NCBI GenBank assembly: GCA_903837285.1
Contig: CAILUD010000010.1
Span: 5,031-37,030 of the forward strand
Source: an uncultured Bacteroidota bacterium
Lineage (GTDB): Bacteria; Bacteroidota; Bacteroidia; Bacteroidales; GWA2-32-17
DNA length: 32,000 nt
Reading direction: 5' to 3'
The position numbers were made by a program, and so were the translations under genes. Below are positions 14,648 through 23,085 of this stretch, one piece after another. Each line of letters opens with the position of its first letter. The stretch's first letter is position 1. The notes under the pieces were generated by a model. It was not told the origin of the DNA. It saw nothing but the letters and a program-made list of their open reading frames with translations, and ran no database searches.

Positions 14648-15520
14648 TTAAAACACAATAAAATCTTCAGGGTTTATTGGATTACCCTTGTACCAAAGCT
14701 CAAAATGAAGATGTGCGCCAGTTGTTAACTCGCCGGTATTGCCTACAATACCAATAACTTCACCTGCTTTTACTTTAGCACCAGCAGTTTTAAAAGTATG
14801 AGATAAATGCTTGTAAGAGGAAATAAGCTCATTTGGATGTTGAATTTCAATCATGTAGCCGGTTTCTAATGTCCAGCCCGAAAAAGTTACTGTTCCGTCA
14901 AGTGTTGCAAGAACCATCTCGTCAGGTTTAGTAACTATGTCAATTCCAAAATGCTTAGTTTTTAGTTGAAATTTATCAGTAATCATTCCTTTTACTGGAA
15001 AATAAAAATGTAAAAGATTGAAAAGGCTGCTCTTTTCATCTTTATTAGCAATATTTAAACTAAATTCATCTTCAGCATCAACTTGACTTCTAAAAATTGA
15101 ATCTTTTTCGGTGGATTTTAAATCAATATTTTTATAATTTTTTAAGGAATCTATTATTGATTTTCTGTCAATTTTACGTGGCTCTTCTCCGGCAATAAGT
15201 GCCTTAATGTTATCCATATAAAGATCACGAAGATAAATTTCAGTTTCTAATGAATCTACTCTAAGGCTATTCATTTTAATAAGTTGCACTGTTTCACCGG
15301 TAGGATAACCTGGAATTAGCTCTCGTAATGGTGTGTATGCAATTAAAACAGTTGTTGCAAAAATTAAAACAAATGCCATTACTACTAAAACAATAAAAAC
15401 ATTAAGTCTGGTAAGTCTAAGCCAGAAAACTTCTTCAAAAGTATTGTCATTGTAAACAATTAAGCGATACTTATATCGCAATCGTGCAAAGAATCCTTTT
15501 TTGTTTTTTTTCTTATCCAT
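14648..15520 (-). CDS. M23 family (LytM-type) metallopeptidase with an N-terminal membrane anchor
   Basis: One TM helix (VFIVLVVMAFVLIFATTVLIAY). The C-terminal M23 domain has HFGIDI.., GNTGELTTGAHLHFELW and NP. Confidence 0.85.
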   Translation of the reverse strand: MDKKKNKKGFFARLRYKYRLIVYNDNTFEEVFWLRLTRLNVFIVLVVMAFVLIFATTVLIAYTPLRELIPGYPTGETVQLIKMNSLRVDSLETEIYLRDLYMDNIKALIAGEEPRKIDRKSIIDSLKNYKNIDLKSTEKDSIFRSQVDAEDEFSLNIANKDEKSSLFNLLHFYFPVKGMITDKFQLKTKHFGIDIVTKPDEMVLATLDGTVTFSGWTLETGYMIEIQHPNELISSYKHLSHTFKTAGAKVKAGEVIGIVGNTGELTTGAHLHFELWYKGNPINPEDFIVF

Positions 15521-15529
15521 TAGTTGTTA

Positions 15530-15537
15530 CAAAGATA
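15530..15537 (-). promoter_or_regulatory. Candidate -7 box (TATCTTTG on the minus strand) for the M23 gene
   Basis: Matches TAnnTTTG, but lies only 9 nt from the ATG at 15520. This would imply a near-leaderless transcript. Confidence 0.25.
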
Positions 15538-16070
15538 AAAAAAATACTTTACTCAAAAGCTAATGAAGCAAATTACAATATACCTTTAAACATATATAAA
15601 CTAAGAAAAGTTTTTAATGATTAATGTTTCAAAAAAATAAAGTGAAATATTCCAAAAAATTGAATTATATTAAAATATTTACATATCTCAATAATGTCGG
15701 GGCATTGACAGTATTGTACTGTCCGTCAAAAACTTTCGTAAATTTTACAAAAATCAAGTTCATATTGCCAGTAAAATATAGAAAAACTTAAGAAAAAAAT
15801 CAGTTTTTTAAAGACAATATAATATTAATATCAAAAAACGACGGTTTTTTGATATGCTTTTCTAAAAAAACAGAAAAATATTTTGTTTACGTATCAATTT
15901 AAATAAAGCTTCATAATTTTAAAGTTTTAATTTTCAATCTAATAAAGGATTATTTATTCTAAAAAACTTTTAGGTAATTTTACTTTAGAAAAAGGAAACC
16001 TTTTGGGTGTTTTTACGTCTAAATATAAATAATAGGGATAGCTCTCTTGATAAATAAAAAAATAAAGAAT

Positions 16071-16571
16071 ATGAAAAAATTCTACTTATCAGTTTTAACA
16101 ATTAGTTTGATTGTCTTTGTTGGTTTTTCTTCTGTTGCACAAGAAAATGAGAAGAAAGTCAATCCTGAAACAATGAAGAAATACAATGTATTATTAAATT
16201 ATCAGGAAACAAATGAAGCAATATTAAAATATTGCGACCCTAATTTTCCTAAGCGGGAAAGTACAAGTTACGCGTATGATTTGCAAAAATATGCTAAAAT
16301 TCATAGACCTAAACCAATTCTAAAACACACTGGAAATGAAGAAGCTGATAAATCAAGATTCGAATCAGAACTAATTCGATGGAAAAAGCAAAATTCATAT
16401 TATCCTCAATTTATTCCTTATAGCTTATATCAGACATTTTTTACTCCCGAAGATGATGTGAGATTTTATGAAGCTGCATTAAAAGAGTGGATTAAATCTA
16501 ATCCTAAAGAATATGAGGAGTGCTTGACGAAAAACAGAAATGAAGAAATATTAATAGAGAAAAAGAACTAA
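16071..16571 (+). CDS. Secreted hypothetical protein, probably co-transcribed with the downstream giant T9SS protein
   Basis: Signal peptide MKKFYLSVLTISLIVFVGFSSVAQ. I prefer the ATG at 16071 over the TTG at 16047 used by the ORF track. It ends 4 nt before the next gene. I recognise no motif. Confidence 0.55.
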   Translation: MKKFYLSVLTISLIVFVGFSSVAQENEKKVNPETMKKYNVLLNYQETNEAILKYCDPNFPKRESTSYAYDLQKYAKIHRPKPILKHTGNEEADKSRFESELIRWKKQNSYYPQFIPYSLYQTFFTPEDDVRFYEAALKEWIKSNPKEYEECLTKNRNEEILIEKKN

Positions 16572-16575
16572 CACT

Positions 16576-19500
16576 ATGAAAAATTTATTACTAACTATAG
16601 TGCTTGCATTAGTTTTGGGTTTTGTTTATGGACAACAAGATAATTGCGATGATCTTGTTGCAGGCCAATTAACAGTTAATACTTCATGTACACCCATTGC
16701 ATTTAACTCTACAAATAGTACTGATTATTGGGATAGTCCAGCAGGCTGTTCCGCAGCAGATGAAGATGACGCATGGGGTTGGTTTATAGCTACCTCTACA
16801 AGTACAACAATAACATATACTCCAACTACTCAAGATGCTATATTAACATTACTTACTGGAGCATGTTCTCCAACAATGGGATATTTGGTCTGTTCAAATA
16901 TAGGAGGTGCTGGTGTAACTGAAACTATAACATATGCAACAACAATAGGAACAAAATATAGAGTAAGGATACAAAGAAATGGAAGTAATAATGATATGAA
17001 TGGAACTATTTGTGTTTATTCACCAATAACAGGTGATAATTGCACAAATGCTCAGGATTTATCAACATTAACCAGTCCATATTCAGCTACTACTGTTGGT
17101 TATGCTGATGATATTAGTGTCTGTCACACAGGTGCTCCTGACAGAATTTTTTATATTCAAGTTCCTAATTGTAATACAGTGGATATTTGGCAATCTTCAA
17201 ATACGTATGATTCTTATCATTATATGGGATATGGACCAGCTTGCCCTGGAGCTACTTCATTGTTTTGTGTAGATGATGTTGATACTCAGCATAATTCTTG
17301 GACAAATAGTACAGGATCAACTCAAACAGTTTGGTTTGTTGTAGATGGATATAGTGGTACTTCAGGTGCCTTTGTTTTAAATTGGACATTAACAGGCGCT
17401 GGTGCATTATCTGCACCAACTGCTGCAACTCATACACCAAGTGGTACACAAATTATATGGGATTGGAATAATGTTACTAGTGCAACAGGGTATAAATGGA
17501 ATACTGTAAATAATTATGCCACAGCAACAGATTTGGGAAATGTTTCTACTGTTACACAAACCGGCTTGACTTGTGGGTCTTCTTATACAATTTATGTTTG
17601 GGCATATAATTCTTGTGGTAATTCTGTTTCAACAACATTAAATTCTACACTTGCCTGCCCAGCTACTAATAATCTTTGCGCAAATGCTACTTCATTGCCA
17701 TGTGGCACAACAAATTTAGCAGGAACAACTGTGGGTACAACTAATATTCCAGATCCAATAGGTTGTGCGAGTAATTATGGTGTTTGGTACACATTTCCCG
17801 GTGATGGTCAAATTACAACTATAACTTGTGTAGCTGGAGCAGGTTTTGATCATGAAATGGTAATAACTAGTGGTAGTTGTGGTACTTTAACAAATATTAC
17901 ATGTCAAGATAATGGGTTGTCTGGTGGTACAGAGTCATATACATTTACGTCAGTAATAGGTACAACATACTATGTATATATTGCTCATTATTCCACATTT
18001 AGCTCAACAACAACAGGAAGCTTTACTATTTCAAGATCTTGTGTAGTGCCATGTAATCCATATACAATTGTTGAAATACAGGCAAATGGAAGTGCTTTAG
18101 ATGCTGAAGTTTCTTCTGGTACTTTAATTAATTTAACAGTTTCCAATTCTGGTACATTAAATTGCTCTGGCAATATTGAATACTATTTTGAATATAATCC
18201 TAATGGAACAGGTTGGGTTATGCTACAAAACTGGAGTACAACAGCTACAGCAAGCCATACTGTAACAATTAACACTCGCTATAGAATAATAGAAAGATGT
18301 TCTGATTGTATAACCACTACAGAACAAGATGCAATTGATATTACCATACCGTCTTGTTCTGACGGAATACAAAATCAGGGAGAAACAGGAGTTGATTGCG
18401 GTGGTCCATGTGGTCCTTGTGGATTAACTATTGATAACGGAAACCAGACATTATGTACTGGCACATTTACTGATGCGGGAGGTTCTGGTTTTTATTCAAA
18501 TAATGAAAATTATACTGCAACTTATTGTTCAAATGATGGACAAAGTATTATTTTTTCTTTTACAAGTTTTGATTCAGAGTCTTTAGATCATTTGAAAATT
18601 TATAATGGAACCAATAACACAGCACCTTTATTATTAGATGTAAGTGGGCATTCTGTTTCTACACCTTTTACTGTCAGTTCGTCAAATGTATCTAATTGTT
18701 TAACTTTTGTATGGACTTCTGATGGATCTATTACATATTCTGGTTGGGCAGCTGAGATAAGTTGTGGTATTGTAGTTCCAACTTGCTCTGATGGTATTCA
18801 AAATCAAGGAGAAACAGGTGTGGATTGTGGTGGCCCTTGTGCAGCTTGCACAATGGTCGTTCCAAGCTCAGGTAATAATAGTTATACTATTTGTTCAGGA
18901 CATTTGTATGATTCTGGTGGTTCTGCTGGCAATTATGTTAATAATAATGCAGGATATACAGTTTTATATCCTACTGCCGGTAATATAATCCAAATTGCAG
19001 GCACCTCTGCAGGGGAAAATTGTTGTGATTATGTTGAAATTTATAATGGAGTTGGTACAGCTGGGACTCTATTAGGGACTTATTATATGGGTGCTGTTAT
19101 TCCAAATATAATTTCTTCTGATCCTACTGGAGCACTAACAGTCTATTTTGATTCAGATGGATCTACTGTCGGTGCAGGTTTTGATATAACAATTAGTTGT
19201 ATTCCGCTTACAGGACCTTGTGCAAACAGAATAGAGATGACTTGTGGCAATAATTATTCAGGTACTCTACTAACTTCGAATAATGATTGGACTAATTATA
19301 CAAGTTGTGGTAAAAATGAACCAGGAGATGAGGTTGTGTATTTTTATACGCCTCCCGCAACAGCAAATTATACTTTTTCAGCAACCGCTGTTTCTGGTGA
19401 TCCTGATTTTTTCTTAATGAATAGTTGCGATAATACTTCCACTAATGTTTATGGAAGCTGCTGGGATGCTGGTAACATTACAGTTTCACTTACTGCAAAT

Positions 19501-22161
19501 GTGACTTATTATATAATAATCGATAATTATAGTTCTACTGTAAATGCAGGATATACAATTACTGTAAATTGTCCTGATCTTAACCCGGATTGTAGTGCAG
19601 GCGATGCGTTTTGTACAAGTGACGGGTACTTATTTCCTGCGGCTGTTAATGAAACAGGATATGGTGATATTGGCTGTTTATTTACTACTCCTAATCCTGC
19701 CTGGTATTATATGGAGATTGATAATTCAGGAGATATTGTTATTGATATTACAAGTGGATTTGATGTTGATTTTATTGCTTGGGGGCCGTTTTCTTCGCTT
19801 CCTCAAGCTTGTGCGGGTATTCCGATGGAAACCTGTAGTACTTGTCCTAATAATACTTCAGATCCTTCTTTTTATCCCTTTGGAGAAATAGTAGATTGTA
19901 GTTATGATGCTGCAGCATTTGAAACAGTAACTATTTCGGGAGCCCAAACAGGTGAAATTTATGTTTTATTGATTACAAATTATTCTAATAATGTTACAGA
20001 TATTGAATTTTCTCAAACTGGTGGAACTGGAACAACAAACTGCGGAATTGTGGCTCCACCAATAGATAATAATGGCCCACTATGTATAGGCAATACTCTT
20101 CAACTAACTGTTGCTCACCCTGTTGTTGGTGCTACCTATAGTTGGTCAGGCCCGGGTGGTTGGACTTCATCTCTCGAGAACCCAACTATTGCAAATGTAA
20201 CAGAAGCAAATGCAGGTATTTATTCATTGGTTATTACATTGGGTGCTTATACTAGTAATACTGTTACTACTACAGTTATTGTACAAACCCCAGCTACTAC
20301 TGGCTTAGCAAATGGAGACTATGTATGGTCTGGTTTAAATAGTACAGATTGGACTATAAGTTCTAATTGGTTAAAATATAATGGTTCTATTTATTCTATA
20401 GCACCAACTGTTCCAGTTAATACTACTAATGTGTTTTTAAGAAATTTTGGTACTTGTGCATCTAATGTAGCAACTATTGGAGCTAGCTCAACTGGGAATT
20501 GTAAAAATCTTACAAATGAAACTGCATTAATTATGGGAGCTAGTTCTTTAATTAATGTTTATGGAAATTGGACCTGTACTGGTGCTTTCACTGCCGGAAC
20601 TGGAACAGCTACATTTTTAGGTACAGCATCACAGTCTGTTTCGGCAGGAGGAAATCCGTTTTATAATTTTACAGTAAATAAAACTGGAGCTAATGTAGTT
20701 ACTGCCCTTCAAAATGTAGAGTGCCAAGGTAATTTTCTAACTTCTAATGCAACAAGTATTTTTAATTCAAACGGTATGTATATTACTGTTGCTGGCAACT
20801 TTGTTAACGCAACTGGAAATACTACATTTAGTAATACAGGAGCAACAGGTACTTTAGCATTTAATGGAGCAGCTGCACAATCATATACTCAAGGCACTGC
20901 ACAGCTTGATTTAAATAATGTTGTTATGAATAATACGAGTACGGGTTTAACCTTACTTTCTAATATGTTTATGAAGAATACTGGTGTTTTAACGTTAACT
21001 TCAGGTATAATTCATACTGGTGCGTTTTGGCTTCAAGTAGGTAATACTGCAGCAGCTTCAGTTCCAATTGGAAGTTCAATAAGTTTTATTAATGGTAATT
21101 TACTCCGATATTTTGCATCAAATACAAATACTTATGCATTTCCTGTAGGAGTAGCTACAGCATATAGACTTGCTGAGATAGTAAATAATAATTTGGCAGG
21201 TATTACTTATTTTGAGTCAAAATTTATAACGCCGTTTACAAATAATCCATCATTAAACCCAGCCACAGCTATAGATGCACCAACTCTTTATTCTTCTGTT
21301 GCAGCAGAAGGTATATGGCAGATTAATCCCAATGCCGGTCCAAGTAGTGGAAATTATTCCATTAACCTTTGGTTTGATGGTGGTGGTTCAAATGCATTTG
21401 CTGGGTTAACAACTAATATGTTTGGTCCTCTAAAAAGACCGTCGGGTTCAACATCTGCTTCAGACTGGACAGCTTTAGGGGGAACTTTGAATGCTGGAGG
21501 TACAGCGGGAAGAACAGTTGCAGGAGGATATGCAAGAAGAAACGGTTGGACTACATTCAGTGAATTTGCAATTGGAAAGAGTCTTACTCCGCTTCCAGTT
21601 GAATTAATCTCATTTAATGGATATTGTAATCCGTCAAATGTTGAATTAAAATGGTCAACGGCTCAGGAAATGAACAATGATTACTTCTCTATTGAACAAA
21701 GTATGGATGGAGTTAATTATTTGCATTTGGCAAATATTTCTGGTGCTGGAAATAGTAACGTTCAAAATAATTACAACTATTTTGATTATAGCTCAAATTC
21801 AGGAATTGCCAATAGTATATTCTACCGATTAAAACAAACTGATTTTGATGGTAAAACAACAACTTCAGAAACTATTACTGTACATTGTTCTGAAGTAAAT
21901 GCTCATGATAATATCTTTATTATTAATCAACCCGAAAGTGAAAACATACAAATAAACTTTACCGGTAAAAAAGGTCAGTCGTATAAAGTTACTTTTATTG
22001 ATTATTTAGGAAGAACTTTAACTAATAAAGAAATTGTATTAGAGAATAATGAGCAAAGTGTTACGGTTGATAAGATTGGCTTAGCTGCTGGCTTATACCA
22101 TTTAATAATTCAGTCAGAAACTAATGTTTATAGTAAACAGGTTGTTGTTTCGGGACAATAA
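16576..22161 (+). CDS. Giant (1861 aa) T9SS-secreted multidomain adhesin-like protein
   Basis: Signal peptide, then several Cys-framed PPC-like beta-sandwich domains and an FN3-like domain. Two copies of a CSDGIQNQGETGVDCGGPC module are each followed by a CUB-like domain (CDYVEIYNG..LTVYFDSDGSTVGAGFDITISC). An Ig-like YSWSGPGGWTS..NAGIYSL domain and a long Asn/Gly/Thr-rich beta-helix-like region follow. The C-terminus is a T9SS sorting domain (LKWSTAQEMNNDYFSIEQS..GLYHLIIQS). Confidence 0.8.
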   Translation: MKNLLLTIVLALVLGFVYGQQDNCDDLVAGQLTVNTSCTPIAFNSTNSTDYWDSPAGCSAADEDDAWGWFIATSTSTTITYTPTTQDAILTLLTGACSPTMGYLVCSNIGGAGVTETITYATTIGTKYRVRIQRNGSNNDMNGTICVYSPITGDNCTNAQDLSTLTSPYSATTVGYADDISVCHTGAPDRIFYIQVPNCNTVDIWQSSNTYDSYHYMGYGPACPGATSLFCVDDVDTQHNSWTNSTGSTQTVWFVVDGYSGTSGAFVLNWTLTGAGALSAPTAATHTPSGTQIIWDWNNVTSATGYKWNTVNNYATATDLGNVSTVTQTGLTCGSSYTIYVWAYNSCGNSVSTTLNSTLACPATNNLCANATSLPCGTTNLAGTTVGTTNIPDPIGCASNYGVWYTFPGDGQITTITCVAGAGFDHEMVITSGSCGTLTNITCQDNGLSGGTESYTFTSVIGTTYYVYIAHYSTFSSTTTGSFTISRSCVVPCNPYTIVEIQANGSALDAEVSSGTLINLTVSNSGTLNCSGNIEYYFEYNPNGTGWVMLQNWSTTATASHTVTINTRYRIIERCSDCITTTEQDAIDITIPSCSDGIQNQGETGVDCGGPCGPCGLTIDNGNQTLCTGTFTDAGGSGFYSNNENYTATYCSNDGQSIIFSFTSFDSESLDHLKIYNGTNNTAPLLLDVSGHSVSTPFTVSSSNVSNCLTFVWTSDGSITYSGWAAEISCGIVVPTCSDGIQNQGETGVDCGGPCAACTMVVPSSGNNSYTICSGHLYDSGGSAGNYVNNNAGYTVLYPTAGNIIQIAGTSAGENCCDYVEIYNGVGTAGTLLGTYYMGAVIPNIISSDPTGALTVYFDSDGSTVGAGFDITISCIPLTGPCANRIEMTCGNNYSGTLLTSNNDWTNYTSCGKNEPGDEVVYFYTPPATANYTFSATAVSGDPDFFLMNSCDNTSTNVYGSCWDAGNITVSLTANVTYYIIIDNYSSTVNAGYTITVNCPDLNPDCSAGDAFCTSDGYLFPAAVNETGYGDIGCLFTTPNPAWYYMEIDNSGDIVIDITSGFDVDFIAWGPFSSLPQACAGIPMETCSTCPNNTSDPSFYPFGEIVDCSYDAAAFETVTISGAQTGEIYVLLITNYSNNVTDIEFSQTGGTGTTNCGIVAPPIDNNGPLCIGNTLQLTVAHPVVGATYSWSGPGGWTSSLENPTIANVTEANAGIYSLVITLGAYTSNTVTTTVIVQTPATTGLANGDYVWSGLNSTDWTISSNWLKYNGSIYSIAPTVPVNTTNVFLRNFGTCASNVATIGASSTGNCKNLTNETALIMGASSLINVYGNWTCTGAFTAGTGTATFLGTASQSVSAGGNPFYNFTVNKTGANVVTALQNVECQGNFLTSNATSIFNSNGMYITVAGNFVNATGNTTFSNTGATGTLAFNGAAAQSYTQGTAQLDLNNVVMNNTSTGLTLLSNMFMKNTGVLTLTSGIIHTGAFWLQVGNTAAASVPIGSSISFINGNLLRYFASNTNTYAFPVGVATAYRLAEIVNNNLAGITYFESKFITPFTNNPSLNPATAIDAPTLYSSVAAEGIWQINPNAGPSSGNYSINLWFDGGGSNAFAGLTTNMFGPLKRPSGSTSASDWTALGGTLNAGGTAGRTVAGGYARRNGWTTFSEFAIGKSLTPLPVELISFNGYCNPSNVELKWSTAQEMNNDYFSIEQSMDGVNYLHLANISGAGNSNVQNNYNYFDYSSNSGIANSIFYRLKQTDFDGKTTTSETITVHCSEVNAHDNIFIINQPESENIQINFTGKKGQSYKVTFIDYLGRTLTNKEIVLENNEQSVTVDKIGLAAGLYHLIIQSETNVYSKQVVVSGQ

Positions 22162-22181
22162 AGTATAATGTTATAAAACTT

Positions 22182-22219
22182 AAAAGTCCTTAATCTTTTT
22201 TTGATTAAGGACTTTTTTT
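22182..22219 (+). terminator. Rho-independent terminator of the giant adhesin gene
   Basis: Perfect 14-bp stem aaaagtccttaatc / gattaaggactttt with a ttttttt loop and a trailing T-run. It starts 21 nt after the stop codon. Confidence 0.8.
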
Positions 22220-22233
22220 ATTCTTTAATTAAT

Positions 22234-22372
22234 GGTCTGTGATCCACAGTTAATCTGCGAGGTCTGTGGCTCACAGACCACGTTTCAGTTTCACCACATT
22301 TCTCACAGAGTCTCCTGTTTTCTCACAGAGTCTCCTGAAAGGGACTCTGTGTTTGAAAGGGACTATGTGTTT
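22234..22372. repeat. Cluster of CACAG(A)/(T)CTGTG-core repeats (palindrome plus two pairs of tandem direct repeats)
   Basis: The cluster holds ggtctgtgatccacag (22234-49) and the palindrome ggtctgtg-gct-cacagacc (22261-79). tctcacagagtctcctg occurs twice (22301-17 and 22321-37). gaaagggact(c/a)tgtgttt occurs twice (22337-54 and 22355-72). The second pair is the approximate reverse complement of the first, giving a long imperfect hairpin. Confidence 0.6.
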
Positions 22373-22431
22373 ATACCAAACCGTTGGAGATAACTCCAAC
22401 AGTGGCGATAACGGCAAAAGTGATAATAAGA

Positions 22432-23064
22432 CTAAATCTTAAAAAACACCGTAGCAATAAGTACGAATAATCCAAAAAGAAATATTACTGCACCTGTAAT
22501 TTTATTTATCCACCACAAGCGTTTTAATCTAAATTTAGATCTGAATAAATTCACAAAGTTTACCAGTATAAGCCACCAAACCATTGCCCCTACAAATACT
22601 CCAATAACAACAAGTACTAAATCGAGAAAACTATTTTGTACTTTAATAATTCCAGAACTTGCAAACACCGCACCAAATACAAATACTGTAACCGGATTAG
22701 AAAGAGTTAAGAAAAAGATAGAAATAAAATCGGCAAAAAGATTATTCTTTTTTAATTTTTGTTTTCTAATTTGAATCGCAGGATTAGTTAAAAAAATTCT
22801 TAATCCTAACAATATAAGTATTGCGCTTCCAATAATTCTTAAAATAAATTGTTGTTGTTCAATAAAATCAGAAATAAAACTAATTCCAAAGGCAGCAATT
22901 ATTGCAAAAAAAGTATCCGATAATGCAGCTCCTGAACCAGAAACGATTCCTGCCCAGCGACCTTTATTCAACGTTTTTTGTATGCAAATAAGTCCAATAG
23001 GACCAAGGGGTAACGAGGCCGAAAAACCTAAAATAATTCCTTTTATAAAAATCATTATCCCCAT
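22432..23064 (-). CDS. LysE/RhtB family amino-acid exporter
   Basis: 210 aa with about 6 TM helices. The N-terminus FIKGIILGFSASLPLGPIGLICIQ is typical of the LysE family. It starts 21 nt after the upstream acyltransferase gene. Confidence 0.7.
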   Translation of the reverse strand: MGIMIFIKGIILGFSASLPLGPIGLICIQKTLNKGRWAGIVSGSGAALSDTFFAIIAAFGISFISDFIEQQQFILRIIGSAILILLGLRIFLTNPAIQIRKQKLKKNNLFADFISIFFLTLSNPVTVFVFGAVFASSGIIKVQNSFLDLVLVVIGVFVGAMVWWLILVNFVNLFRSKFRLKRLWWINKITGAVIFLFGLFVLIATVFFKI

Positions 23065-23085
23065 TTACTCTCTCTTATTTTTAAA

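Noticed and set aside
17252-19891. Four short ORFs (17252..17449-, 17988..18173-, 18791..18988+, 19595..19891+) inside the giant adhesin gene
   Set aside because: All lie inside a 5.6-kb continuous frame with coherent domain structure. They are alternative-frame or antisense artefacts.
22301-22372. Possible CRISPR array, because of short direct repeats
   Set aside because: Each unit has only two copies, and they are separated by 1-3 nt rather than by spacers. The second pair is the complement of the first. No cas genes are present. It is a palindromic repeat cluster, not CRISPR.
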